Shown: positions 1 to 9,950, numbered from the stretch's first letter. The stretch is 64,000 nucleotides of DNA from a bacterium (GCA_965261595.1 CBDHDG010000006.1:1024001-1088000), one strand, 5' to 3'. Made by a program: numbers and translations. The notes: generated by a model from the letters alone, not told the origin.

Positions 1-247
1 CCAGGTGCTTCGCTCCCGAGGCCACGGCCACGCCCGTTCGCTGCGCTCCGTCGCAGACCGCCTCCTCAATGTCGCCTGCGCCATGCTTCGCGACCAGACA
101 CTGTTCGACCCGCAGCACGCCAGCGCTGCAGCAGGTTCACACCGCGAAGCGGTCAATGGAATCTCAATTGAATCATCTGTTGTTGGTCCTGTGGAGCTTG
201 TGGGCGAGAGGGGCGAGAGTGTGGGCAACGCGGTGGGCAACGCGTAA
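1..247 (+). CDS. IS110-family transposase, C-terminal end (runs off window start)
   Basis: LRSRGHGHARSLRSVADRLLNVACAMLRDQTLFDP resembles the IS110 C-terminal helix motif; a non-coding structured end follows to about 352. Confidence 0.7.
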   Translation, partial: QVLRSRGHGHARSLRSVADRLLNVACAMLRDQTLFDPQHASAAAGSHREAVNGISIESSVVGPVELVGERGESVGNAVGNA

Positions 248-752
248 GCGTTGTCCACGGACTTGTCCATACGGCCCGCAGGGCTCGCGCCGGTCCTCAG
301 GACTCGTCCACAAATCCATAGGACTACCCCCTTGCAAGTTGGTGAGGAGTCCGCTTGCCGGGCCGGCGCCCGAGACCCGCGTCTCAATCCCGGAACCGCA
401 CAGGGCGTCCGGGACAGTGGCTAACAATATCCCTCTCGACGTGATGGCCCATTGTCCCACACGTGCTCGCTGCGCCAACCCCGCCTCCGGCGGGGTCCTC
501 CTCTTCGTTCCGGCCCTGGCTCGCAAGGCTACGGCGCTGAAGCGCCTAGGCGCGGCAAGAAACGCGACCGAGGCTCCGCGCTCCCTGCGGTCGCTTGTGC
601 GCCCGCGCCACTCGCGCCCCTCGCCGCGCCAGGCCTTGCGGCCACGGTGGCTTTGCTGCGCGCGCGTGGGCCACTCAACCATCACGTTCGGAGACTCTCT
701 CCGCACAACGAACCGTAACGGTTCTCAACCCTCTACCCGGAAGGAGAGCATC

Positions 753-1676
753 ATGCACGATATCGACAACATCTCAGAACAGAACCAGTCCGTCACCGCC
801 ACCGTCTGCGAGCAGGCGGCTCTCTTCGGAGCAACCCCAGAGCGCGACGAATTCGACAACCGGGAGGTCTGGGATCCGGAGAACGCCCTCTCCGCCGTCA
901 CGGAAGCCTTCCGCATCATGGCACACGGCGTCGCCCCCGACGGAACGCAACTCGCCGACGAGCGCGAGAGCCTGCTCTGGGGATTCGTCAACATGCTCGA
1001 CGCCCAGACGCAACGCCTCGACCGCGCGGCCGACAGGCTCCTCCCCGACATGCGCGACCTCCAGCGCGAGCAGGACGGCTCGGAGATCCGGTCCCGAGAA
1101 CTCGAACTCGTCACCGACCGAACCAAGAACCTCACGGACCGGCGGGACGCCTTCGAGCAACTCCGCGATACAGCGGCCGAGGCCTACCGGGTCGAGACCG
1201 GAGACCTCTGGCGGCCCCGGCGCGGGTCCCACACCTCCCAGACCGGCAAGCTCACTTCGGCCATGATCGATGCCCGCGACTTCCAGCGTGCCCGCAGGGA
1301 CCGCGAGAACAAGGCCCTCCTGCCCCAGGGAACGCTCGTCGCGGTGGCAGGCGGCAAGCACGCCGGCGACGCAGGCGCCATCATCCGCACCCTCGAGAAG
1401 CTTAAGGCCAAGTACGACGACGTGGTCCTGGTCCACGGCGGTGGTCCGGGCGTCGAGAAGATCGCGGCCAAGTGGGCGGACCGCAACGGTGTCCACCAGA
1501 TCGTCTGCAAGCCCAACTGGGACGCGCACGGACGCGCGGCGCCCTTCCGGCGCAATGACGAACTGCTCGATCTCCTCCCCAAGGGCGTCATCGCGTTCCC
1601 GGGTTCGGGCATCACCGACAATCTGGTCGACAAGGCGCGCAAGCTCGGTATCCCGGTCCAGTGCGTCGCCGCCTGA
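753..1676 (+). CDS. DUF2493 / YspA-like SLOG-domain protein typical of plasmids and ICEs
   Basis: AAGGAGAG RBS before ATG 753; C-terminal VAVAGG..LVHGG.PGVEKIAAKWA..AAPFRRND..IAFPGSGIT motif. Confidence 0.8.
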   Translation: MHDIDNISEQNQSVTATVCEQAALFGATPERDEFDNREVWDPENALSAVTEAFRIMAHGVAPDGTQLADERESLLWGFVNMLDAQTQRLDRAADRLLPDMRDLQREQDGSEIRSRELELVTDRTKNLTDRRDAFEQLRDTAAEAYRVETGDLWRPRRGSHTSQTGKLTSAMIDARDFQRARRDRENKALLPQGTLVAVAGGKHAGDAGAIIRTLEKLKAKYDDVVLVHGGGPGVEKIAAKWADRNGVHQIVCKPNWDAHGRAAPFRRNDELLDLLPKGVIAFPGSGITDNLVDKARKLGIPVQCVAA

Positions 1677-2358
1677 GCCCAACGACCTCGCGGGTCGCGT
1701 CGCCACCCGGCGGCGCGGCCCGTTCCTCTTCCGCGTTGCCCACTGCCGCACCGCCCGCCGCACTTCGCACCGCACCGGTGCGGACCCCGCTGCTCGCACC
1801 GCCCCGCACTGCCCCATGCACCATGCTCCGCACGGCCGCCCGCTCAATCGCCGCGGCGGCTCCCCCGCGCGTCACGCGCCCGCGGAGATCTTCCCTTCGT
1901 TCCTTTTACTGATTTTGGTCTGTCGGACGCCGGTCGGCGCTTTTACTCTCACACCTGACGCAGCAGGCTGCATGTGTACTCCATGCGCGCGCTTGTCCTA
2001 CATTCTTGTCCGCAATCAACGACCTGCGGTATCTCTGTGATGCCGGATAAAGTCCTACCAATCTGGTAGCTCGTAGGTATGCGGCGCTATCTCACTGATA
2101 TTCTTGCATTTATTCAAGTGCGCATCGCGCCCGGAGTTCGAGTGAGATCTCAAGCGGCATACGGCCGATACCAGACTGGTCGCGCGCGGATCCGCGCTGC
2201 GCTATGATGACTACCAATTTGGTTGTTCGGCCTCCGGCATCATTCGGAAGTTTTCTCCGGTCCGGGACGAGGGTGTGCGGTGTCCAGGACAAGGGCTAAA
2301 TCGGTCGTTTCCTGGACCGAGATGGACTGAAGTCTTCACAAAAGGATCGGCAAAGCTG

Positions 2359-2700
2359 ATGGTTCAGACACTGCAAAAGAACATTCGGGTCACGCCCGGG
2401 CAATGGAAGAGGATCGAAAAAGAGGCGGAGGAGCGGGGGATTTCGGCGAATCAGCTCGTGGTCGAGCTTGCTATGGAGGCGCTCGACCACAGGGAGTGGC
2501 CCCGAACGGAGCACGAAATCCAGCTCCTGCGGTCGGCGATGTTCGCGGCCCAGGCCATTGCGCGGGACATGGAGAGGGCCGGACGAGGGGATGAGGTCGA
2601 GGACATCAGCAGGAATATCTCCCAAATCGCACCGGAATTGCCTTACCATCCGATGAACGAATCGTCCGATGCCTCGCGGTTCGACGACACCGGGGAGTGA
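2359..2700 (+). CDS. Small ribbon-helix-helix-like DNA-binding protein
   Basis: N-terminal KNIRVTPGQWKRIEKEAEERGISANQLVVELAMEAL fits the RHH beta-alpha-alpha pattern; AAAGGA upstream. Confidence 0.55.
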   Translation: MVQTLQKNIRVTPGQWKRIEKEAEERGISANQLVVELAMEALDHREWPRTEHEIQLLRSAMFAAQAIARDMERAGRGDEVEDISRNISQIAPELPYHPMNESSDASRFDDTGE

Positions 2701-2776
2701 ATTGGCACTCCGTTTGGGTACCGCTCCGCCGACAGACGGCGGGCAGACCGCCGGCCGCCCCGACCAATGGGGCGAC

Positions 2777-3227
2777 GTGCGCGAACTGCTCGGCGAGCTC
2801 TACCGCATTGTCCATCGCTTAGAAGCCCTCTTTCCCGGCCGGAAATTCACCCCTGACGGCCATCTGGTGCGCAGCATCAGTAAGGTCCTTGCCGCCCACA
2901 CGTTCGCCCTCGACCTCCTGCCGGGCTCCTTTCCCAATCACGATGCCTTGGCCGCCGACGGGCGCAAGGTCCAGATCAGTTTCACCCAGGGCACCAGAAG
3001 CGTCGCGCTCAGGGTTGAGCCGGACCGTCTTATCGTCCTCCGCCTGACCTCCGACCGCTCCATCGAGGTCGACTCCCACGGGAAGGGCACATGCCCTCGT
3101 CCCATCGGGCAACGTACAGCGAAATGGTCAGGGGCAGATTTCTCTCTCACGTCTCCGTGCCATCGATAATGCCGTTCTCCGTCGCGAGCCCCTTCCTCTA
3201 CGGGACGCGATCAGCAACGCCCTGTAG
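2777..3227 (+). pseudogene. DUF6998-like (restriction-endonuclease-fold) protein, frameshifted
   Basis: LEALFPGRKFTPDGHLV..HDALAADGRKVQI..TQG motif; the expected tail GNVQRNGQGQISLSRLRA continues in another frame after about 3100. Confidence 0.6.
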
Positions 3228-3488
3228 ATTCAACAATGAAATCTTTGTGTCATGCACGCATCCCCGGCTGTCCGCCAAACCGTCTTCGTGCCAGCAGCCG
3301 AGTCGCCGCAACGCATTCGTCGAGGGAGACGAACACAGCCAAGTCCGGGGACGTTGCTTCCAACGAGTACGGCCAAGTGTCGGCCGCTCCGTAGCCGAGT
3401 AGCGCAAGGCGTAGAACCAATGTCCCCCGCTCTAGGGTTTTGTTGGACACTCGATTGATCCATGATTCATGGAGAAAGGGGTGTCGCG

Positions 3489-3875
3489 ATGAACGAACAA
3501 AAGCAAGAGGGGGCTTTGGCGGAGGGCGCCCGTAGGGCGAACGGAGCCAAGGCCCCAGGGCATCGCAGTGAGCGGGGTCGGTTCTCCTGCCAGCGCAAGC
3601 GGGAGGCGGTCCTGCGTCTTTTGCGGGGCGAGAGCCTGGAGACGCTCTGCCGCGAGTTGGGCACGACAGCGGCTCGGCTTTCCGCCTGGCGCGAGGCGTT
3701 CCTTCGCGGGGGCGAGGCGGCGCTCAAAGCCCGCCCGGCGGATGAGCGGGACGAGGAGAACGCCCGGCTCAAGGCCAAGGTGGGCGAACTCACGATGGAG
3801 GGCGAGGTCCTGCGGGAGAAGATCGACCGCCTGGAGGCCGGCCGCCCTTTAGCCGGCAGGAGGTGGAGGCGATGA
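3489..3875 (+). CDS. IS3-family transposase OrfA (HTH), copy 1
   Basis: RKREAVLRLLRGESLETLCRELG HTH plus coiled coil; C-CCT-TTA slippery heptamer at 3845-3851 leads into the -1 OrfB frame. Confidence 0.9.
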   Translation: MNEQKQEGALAEGARRANGAKAPGHRSERGRFSCQRKREAVLRLLRGESLETLCRELGTTAARLSAWREAFLRGGEAALKARPADERDEENARLKAKVGELTMEGEVLREKIDRLEAGRPLAGRRWRR

Positions 3876-4780
3876 GTCAGGCCCGCTTCACCTCCACGGG
3901 CAGAGCCTACGGCCTGAAGCGGGTGTGCGCCCTTTGGGGCTTGGCGCGCTCCACGGTCTACGCGCAACGGCGGCGAGAGGCGGTCCCCGTTCATGAACGC
4001 CCCACGCCCAATAAGCGCGGCCCTGTGGGCCCGTGCACCGATGCGGAACTCCTCGGCCACATCCGGCAGGTCCTGGAGGACTCTCCCTTCCATGGCGAGG
4101 GCTACCGCAAGGTGTGGGCGAGGCTGCGCTTCGCGGGCATCCGCACCAGCAAGGAGCGGGTGCGTCGCCTGATGCGGGAGGCGGGGCTTCAGGCCCCCCA
4201 CCGGGTGGGCAAACCCCGAGGTCCCAAGGCCCACAACGGGACCATCCGCACCGAGCGGCCCGACCGAATGTGGGGCACGCACATGACGACGACGGTGACC
4301 ACCGAGGAGGGGATGGCCTCGGTGTTCGTGGCGGTGGATCACTGCTCGGTGGACTGCGTGGGGATCCATGCGGCCAAGAGCGGCAACCGCTTCGAGGCCC
4401 TGGAGCCGATCCGGCAGGGGGTCGCCGAGCGCTTCGCCGGCTTGGAGGCGGACGTCGCCGAGGGGCTTAAAGTTCGTCACGACCACGGCCCCGCCTATCT
4501 GTCCGATGACTTTCAGCGGGAGATCGCCTACCTGGGCATGACCAGTTCGCCCAGCTTCGTGCGGGCGCCCGAGGGAAATGGCTACTGTGAGTGGTTCATC
4601 CGCATCTTGAAGGAGAATCTCCTGTGGGTGCGCTCTTTCGCCACCGTAGAGGAACTGCGGTGGGCGCTGCTTGAGTTCAAGAACCTGTACAACCATCATT
4701 GGATTCTCGAGGGCTACGGCTACCGAACGCCGGCCCAGGCAAGGCAGGAAAAACTCGCTCAAGTTGCGGAGGCCGCATGA
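3863..4780 (+). CDS. IS3-family transposase OrfB (rve DDE), copy 1; first catalytic Asp changed to His
   Basis: WGTHMT (WGTDMT in the other copies), RHDHG, NGYCEWFIR. Confidence 0.9.
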   Translation: MEAMSQARFTSTGRAYGLKRVCALWGLARSTVYAQRRREAVPVHERPTPNKRGPVGPCTDAELLGHIRQVLEDSPFHGEGYRKVWARLRFAGIRTSKERVRRLMREAGLQAPHRVGKPRGPKAHNGTIRTERPDRMWGTHMTTTVTTEEGMASVFVAVDHCSVDCVGIHAAKSGNRFEALEPIRQGVAERFAGLEADVAEGLKVRHDHGPAYLSDDFQREIAYLGMTSSPSFVRAPEGNGYCEWFIRILKENLLWVRSFATVEELRWALLEFKNLYNHHWILEGYGYRTPAQARQEKLAQVAEAA

Positions 4781-4827
4781 GGTCGAATACCCTCACCCGA
4801 GTGTCCAATAACCCAGGGGCGGTCCAA

Positions 4828-5718
4828 ATGACCGGAAGATACAAGGTCACCGGAATCGATCCCGGTGACATCTGGTTCCAGCTCGGCAACTGCCTCACGA
4901 TGCGCAAGTCCCGCGACCTCGTGAACACGCCCGGCATGTACGCAAAGACCCGCGACTCGGTCATGGGCTGGATGAATGCCCCAGGATCAATCGACAAGCT
5001 GGTGTTCTTTAACGAGCTGTTTGCGTCCGACGTCGTTTTGGACCATGTGGTTCCGGAACCACAGCAGCAGGGCGACGCAATGGAAGGCGCCGTTCTGATA
5101 GCAGCGCTCCTGATCGCCTTTCCGGACGCTCAATTCGGGTTCGGCTTGCCAGGCGGAGAGGACTCCCTCGGATCAGCATACTATTATCGTTCCCTCGGCA
5201 AAGACTCCGTTGACCTGCAGGATTGCAGCAACACCCGTGATCTACTCACACGATTGTTCAACTACCTGCAGAGTAACTCCTACTGGGTGGATGACGATCT
5301 GGTCCATATGCTGGCCCTATTGTCCGCCCTCTGCCAGGATCGCCACCGCACGACACCTGTCCAGGTGCTGTCTCTCTCGACCTCTGGAAATCACCAGGTC
5401 GATGCCGGACTGTTTCACGCCTACCAATTGGTCGAGGCCCTCTTGGAGATCCGCGACGGGGAACCGTTGCGCGCCGCCGTCGCCCGATGGAATGCCTCTT
5501 ACCCACATCAATTGGACGCCGCTCAAATCGATTTCATCAGAAACGCGCGAGACATATCCCTTCACTTCAAGGCACCGCGGGCCGCGAAGCGCCTGAAGGA
5601 CAGCCAGGTCGTGCTGGGGTTCGACCAAGACGGATCGCGGCAGAATGAATTTCGGAGGAACGGCATGCAAAGATTGCTGCGGGAGGCTGCGCAGGCTTAT
5701 TTTCTCGCCCGCCTGTAA
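4828..5718 (+). CDS. Hypothetical protein, possible HEPN domain
   Basis: ATG lies inside the IS target duplication; helical C-terminus with RDISLH (Rx4H); the longer ORF call from 4699 is IS read-in. Confidence 0.55.
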   Translation: MTGRYKVTGIDPGDIWFQLGNCLTMRKSRDLVNTPGMYAKTRDSVMGWMNAPGSIDKLVFFNELFASDVVLDHVVPEPQQQGDAMEGAVLIAALLIAFPDAQFGFGLPGGEDSLGSAYYYRSLGKDSVDLQDCSNTRDLLTRLFNYLQSNSYWVDDDLVHMLALLSALCQDRHRTTPVQVLSLSTSGNHQVDAGLFHAYQLVEALLEIRDGEPLRAAVARWNASYPHQLDAAQIDFIRNARDISLHFKAPRAAKRLKDSQVVLGFDQDGSRQNEFRRNGMQRLLREAAQAYFLARL

Positions 5719-5836
5719 ACCGTCTTCTCAGCATGAAATCAGGCTGCTTCGCACCGCGAAGGCCCGATCTCATCGCTGACTCTCAACGCACTGGATAGCC
5801 CGCGATCGGCCCGTATGCAACGTCCTGACGACTCTG

Positions 5837-7084
5837 TCAGGCGATATCGTCCGAGGGATCCTCTGAAGACGCCTTTCCGCGCCAGACCAAGCGTATTCCT
5901 GATTCGGCGTCTCCTACTGGGCGGATGCTGAGTTTGGGGGGCCGATCCGGGTCGGCCACCGCTTCGTCGAGCTGTTCCTGAGTGATCCGAACGGCATTGT
6001 CTTCCGCCTCATGTTTTCCGGCTCGGTCTATCCAATACACCCGTCCATGCAACTCGGCCCCAGTCAGGTTCGCGGCACCGAGGTCCGCGCCGGTCAGATC
6101 AGTGTTGGGAAATACCGCCTCCGTCATGTCGGCCTCCTCAAGGTCGGCGTCGACCATTTTCGCCGGCATTGTGGCGCCTCGGAACTTGCACTTGCGAGCC
6201 TGCACCCCGGAAAAGTCCGCATCGCTCATCTCGGCACCGGACAGATCGGCGTCTTCGAGAAGGGCCTGACGGCAGTTGGCCCATTGCAACTGGGCACCCG
6301 TCAGGTCCCTGTGCGCCAGATTGGCAAACATCAGGTTTGCATTCTGCAGGTTCACTCCTTGGAGCGGCATATTCAGCTCGACGCCACATAGCTGAGCGTC
6401 GTGGAGATCCAGCCAGACGGGTTCCCGTTTGTTCTGAATGGCGTCGATGCGCCGCATCTCCGCGATCGCCGTCATTGCCACCTGAACGTCCTTACTGGTC
6501 GCGGGTCTTTCGAGCTGCAGCCACCCGTCCCACACCTTGGGTTGAGGATAATTCAATTCCGGCGGGGTACGGACAAATTCGACGAGAAGCTTGATAGCTT
6601 CGAGTCGGAACTGGTCCGGGTGGTCCTCGGCCACACGTTCGAGGGCGTATATGCCGGCCAGACGGACCGGGAGCTCATTGTCCCCCAGCATGCTTGCTGC
6701 CTGCCGATATCTCTCGTACAGGTAAACCCGTTCACCGATCTCCGACTGCCGTTTTGCAGCTGTGGCTTGCCGCTCCGCCGCAAGACTGCGCCAGAGAGCA
6801 ATGAGGATCGCCACCATACCTCCGACCACGAGTGAGATGTTGCGAACTGCGGCGGCATTGCCCGTGTGTTCCGTCCCGCCCTGCAGCCAGTCCCAATATG
6901 CGACGGACAGGACGACTCCCAGCGAAATAACGACGACCACCGAAACGCCGAACCAGAACCCAAGTGACTTGACAGCGCGTAACAGCATCGTGCTCGCCCA
7001 ACAAACTGTTGAACGCGCGCCTGCCAAACTCCATGAAAAACGCGTCAAAAGGTGTCCCATGATCCTGCTCGGCACCGTGGACAT
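5837..7084 (-). CDS. Membrane-anchored pentapeptide-repeat protein (start uncertain)
   Basis: Two TM segments, ERYRQAASMLG..VRLAGIYALERVA motif, A(D/N)L pentapeptide repeats. Confidence 0.85.
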   Translation of the reverse strand: MSTVPSRIMGHLLTRFSWSLAGARSTVCWASTMLLRAVKSLGFWFGVSVVVVISLGVVLSVAYWDWLQGGTEHTGNAAAVRNISLVVGGMVAILIALWRSLAAERQATAAKRQSEIGERVYLYERYRQAASMLGDNELPVRLAGIYALERVAEDHPDQFRLEAIKLLVEFVRTPPELNYPQPKVWDGWLQLERPATSKDVQVAMTAIAEMRRIDAIQNKREPVWLDLHDAQLCGVELNMPLQGVNLQNANLMFANLAHRDLTGAQLQWANCRQALLEDADLSGAEMSDADFSGVQARKCKFRGATMPAKMVDADLEEADMTEAVFPNTDLTGADLGAANLTGAELHGRVYWIDRAGKHEAEDNAVRITQEQLDEAVADPDRPPKLSIRPVGDAESGIRLVWRGKASSEDPSDDIA

Positions 7085-7164
7085 CGAGCATGCCCTCGCT
7101 TAGTCCCCAAGAAAGATCTGGACCGCCCCTGGGTTATTGGACACTCGGGTGAGGGTATTCGACC

Positions 7165-8082
7165 TCATGCGGCCTCCGCAACTTGAGCGAGTTTTTCCTG
7201 CCTTGCCTGGGCCGGCGTTCGGTAGCCGTAGCCCTCGAGAATCCAATGATGGTTGTACAGGTTCTTGAACTCAAGCAGCGCCCACCGCAGTTCCTCTACG
7301 GTGGCGAAAGAGCGCACCCACAGGAGATTCTCCTTCAAGATGCGGATAAACCACTCACAGTAGCCATTTCCCTCGGGCGCCCGCACGAAGCTGGGCGAAC
7401 TGGTCATGCCCAGGTAGGCGATCTCCCGCTGAAAGTCATCGGACAGATAGGCGGGGCCGTGGTCGTGACGAACTTTAAGCCCCTCGGCGACGTCCGCCTC
7501 CAAGCCGGCGAAGCGCTCGGCGACCCCCTGCCGGATCGGCTCCAGGGCCTCGAAGCGGTTGCCGCTCTTGGCCGCATGGATCCCCACGCAGTCCACCGAG
7601 CAGTGATCCACCGCCACGAACACCGAGGCCACCCCCTCCTCGGTGGTCACCGTCGTCGTCATGTCCGTGCCCCACATTCGGTCGGGCCGCTCGGTGCGGA
7701 TGGTCCCGTTGTGGGCCTTGGGACCTCGGGGTTTGCCCACCCGGTGGGGGGCCTGAAGCCCCGCCTCCCGCATCAGGCGACGCATCCGCTCCTTGCTGGT
7801 GCGGATGCCCGCGAAGCGCAGCCTCGCCCACACCTTGCGGTAGCCCTCGCCATGGAAGGGAGAGTCCTCCAGGACCTGCCGGATGTGGCCGAGGAGTTCC
7901 GCATCGGTGCACGGGCCCACAGGGCCGCGCTTATTGGGCGTGGGGCGTTCATGAACGGGGACCGCCTCTCGCCGCCGTTGCGCGTAGACCGTGGAGCGCG
8001 CCAAGCCCCAAAGGGCGCACACCCGCTTCAGGCCGTAGGCTCTGCCCGTGGAGGTGAAGCGGGCCTGACTCATCGCCTCCAC
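7165..8082 (-). CDS. IS3 transposase OrfB, copy 2
   Basis: Intact DDE motifs; near-identical to copy 1. Confidence 0.9.
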   Translation of the reverse strand: MEAMSQARFTSTGRAYGLKRVCALWGLARSTVYAQRRREAVPVHERPTPNKRGPVGPCTDAELLGHIRQVLEDSPFHGEGYRKVWARLRFAGIRTSKERMRRLMREAGLQAPHRVGKPRGPKAHNGTIRTERPDRMWGTDMTTTVTTEEGVASVFVAVDHCSVDCVGIHAAKSGNRFEALEPIRQGVAERFAGLEADVAEGLKVRHDHGPAYLSDDFQREIAYLGMTSSPSFVRAPEGNGYCEWFIRILKENLLWVRSFATVEELRWALLEFKNLYNHHWILEGYGYRTPAQARQEKLAQVAEAA

Positions 8083-8456
8083 CTCCTGCCGGCTAAAGGG
8101 CGGCCGGCCTCCAGGCGGTCGATCTTCTCCCGCAGGACCTCGCCCTCCATCGTGAGTTCGCCCACCTTGGCCTTGAGCCGGGCGTTCTCCTCGTCCCGCT
8201 CATCCGCCGGGCGGGCTTTGAGCGCCGCCTCGCCCCCGCGAAGGAACGCCTCGCGCCAGGCGGAAAGCCGAGCCGCTGTCGTGCCCAACTCGCGGCAGAG
8301 CGTCTCCAGGCTCTCGCCCCGCAAAAGACGCAGGACCGCCTCCCGCTTGCGCTGGCAGGAGAACCGACCCCGCTCACTGCGATGCCCTGGGGCCTTGGCT
8401 CCGTTCGCCCTACGGGCGCCCTCCGCCAAAGCCCCCTCTTGCTTTTGTTCGTTCAT
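8070..8456 (-). CDS. IS3 transposase OrfA, copy 2
   Basis: Protein identical to copy 1 OrfA. Confidence 0.9.
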   Translation of the reverse strand: MNEQKQEGALAEGARRANGAKAPGHRSERGRFSCQRKREAVLRLLRGESLETLCRELGTTAARLSAWREAFLRGGEAALKARPADERDEENARLKAKVGELTMEGEVLREKIDRLEAGRPLAGRRWRR

Positions 8457-9032
8457 CGCGACACCCCTTTCTCCATGAATCATGGATCAATCGAGTGTCC
8501 AACAAAACCCTAGAGCGGGGGAGATCCTCCGCAGTTCGGCCAGGGCGTCACGCTGCAGCCTCACAAATTCGTCCATATCCATCGTCGTGGACGGCTTCGG
8601 GTGCCCGATGGATTTTCTGTAACCGCGGTGCCGTTGATGGAATGTCTGCTTGTGCCTTTTCAAGCGCGTTTATATACTTGACGCAGTAAACCACAAGATA
8701 TAGGGGCCATTTTGACCCACTACATGTTGTGGTTACTCGAAATTGAACGTCATCTGACATTCTACCAATACCAGCCGACCCGAAAGCTTTGGGGGTCCCC
8801 CCACCAGTGTTCCGCGAATATAGAGAGGTGTGCGCTCAGGGGTTTTATCGGTTCGGATGGAAAAACGACCGGCAAGAAACGCAACTCCCATTTTGAAGAA
8901 ATCAACAACTTGGGACGCCGCTTCGGTGATGCCCCAATTCCACTAGTCAACAGCTTCGCAACGTGTGTTCATCTTGGGACTCCTTGTGGAGCGCCCCTGG
9001 GTTATTGGACACTCGGGTGAGGGTATTCGACC

Positions 9033-9950
9033 TCATGCGGCCTCCGCAACTTGAGCGAGTTTTTCCTGCCTTGCCTGGGCCGGCGTTCGGTAGCCGTAGC
9101 CCTCGAGAATCCAATGATGGTTATACAGGTTCTTGAACTCAAGCAGCGCCCACCGCAGTTCCTCTACGGTGGCGAAAGAGCGCACCCACAGGAGATTCTC
9201 CTTCAAGGTGCGGATGAACCACTCACAGTAGCCATTTCCCTCGGGCGCCCGCACGAAGCTGGGCGAACTGGTCATGCCCAGGTAGGCGATCTCCCGCTGA
9301 AAGTCATCGGACAGATAGGCGGGGCCGTGGTCGTGACGAACTTTAAGCCCCTCGGCGACGTCCGCCTCCAAGCCGGCGAAGCGCTCGGCGACCCCCTGCC
9401 GGATCGGCTCCAGGGCCTCGAAGCGGTTGCCGCTCTTGGCCGCATGGATCCCCACGCAGTCCACCGAGCAGTGATCCACCGCCACGAACACCGAGGCCAT
9501 CCCCTCCTCGGTGGTCACCGTCGTCGTCATGTCCGTGCCCCACATTCGGTCGGGCCGCTCGGTGCGGATGGTCCCGTTGTGGGCCTTGGGACCTCGGGGT
9601 TTGCCCACCCGGTGGGGGGCCTGAAGCCCCGCCTCCCGCATCAGGCGACGCACCCGCTCCTTGCTGGTGCGGATGCCCGCGAAGCGCAGCCTCGCCCACA
9701 CCTTGCGGTAGCCCTCGCCATGGAAGGGAGAGTCCTCCAGGACCTGCCGGATGTGGCCGAGGAGTTCCGCATCGGTGCACGGGCCCACAGGGCCGCGCTT
9801 ATTGGGCGTGGGGCGTTCATGAACGGGGACCGCCTCTCGCCGCCGTTGCGCGTAGACCGTGGAGCGCGCCAAGCCCCAAAGGGCGCACACCCGCTTCAGG
9901 CCGTAGGCTCTGCCCGTGGAGGTGAAGCGGGCCTGACTCATCGCCTCCAC
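9033..9950 (-). CDS. IS3 transposase OrfB, copy 3
   Basis: Intact DDE motifs. Confidence 0.9.
   Translation of the reverse strand: MEAMSQARFTSTGRAYGLKRVCALWGLARSTVYAQRRREAVPVHERPTPNKRGPVGPCTDAELLGHIRQVLEDSPFHGEGYRKVWARLRFAGIRTSKERVRRLMREAGLQAPHRVGKPRGPKAHNGTIRTERPDRMWGTDMTTTVTTEEGMASVFVAVDHCSVDCVGIHAAKSGNRFEALEPIRQGVAERFAGLEADVAEGLKVRHDHGPAYLSDDFQREIAYLGMTSSPSFVRAPEGNGYCEWFIRTLKENLLWVRSFATVEELRWALLEFKNLYNHHWILEGYGYRTPAQARQEKLAQVAEAA

Larger units (their letters stand above)
3423..4826 (+). mobile_element. IS3-family IS, copy 1 of 6 (1404 bp)
   Basis: Ends TCCCCCGCTCTAGGG...TTGGACAC and GTGTCCAATAACCCAGGGGCGGTCCA; 4-bp TSD AATG (3419-22, 4827-30). Confidence 0.95.
7119..8522 (-). mobile_element. 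IS3-family IS, copy 2 (1404 bp)
   Basis: Same ends as copy 1; TSD GATC (7115-18, 8523-26). Confidence 0.95.

Noticed and set aside
250..320. DnaA-box-like TTGTCCAC motifs suggesting oriC
   Set aside because: They lie within an IS110 end; no dnaA/dnaN context or AT-rich unwinding element
3467..4762. 431-aa antisense ORF repeated in each IS3 copy
   Set aside because: Shadow of orfA/orfB in GC-rich DNA; conserved only because the copies are near-identical
4699..4827. N-terminal extension MDSRGLRL... of the 339-aa ORF
   Set aside because: Derived from the IS right end; the same peptide appears at other copies
8527..8986. Lower-GC stub between IS copies 2 and 3
   Set aside because: Only short interrupted ORFs; no family recognisable
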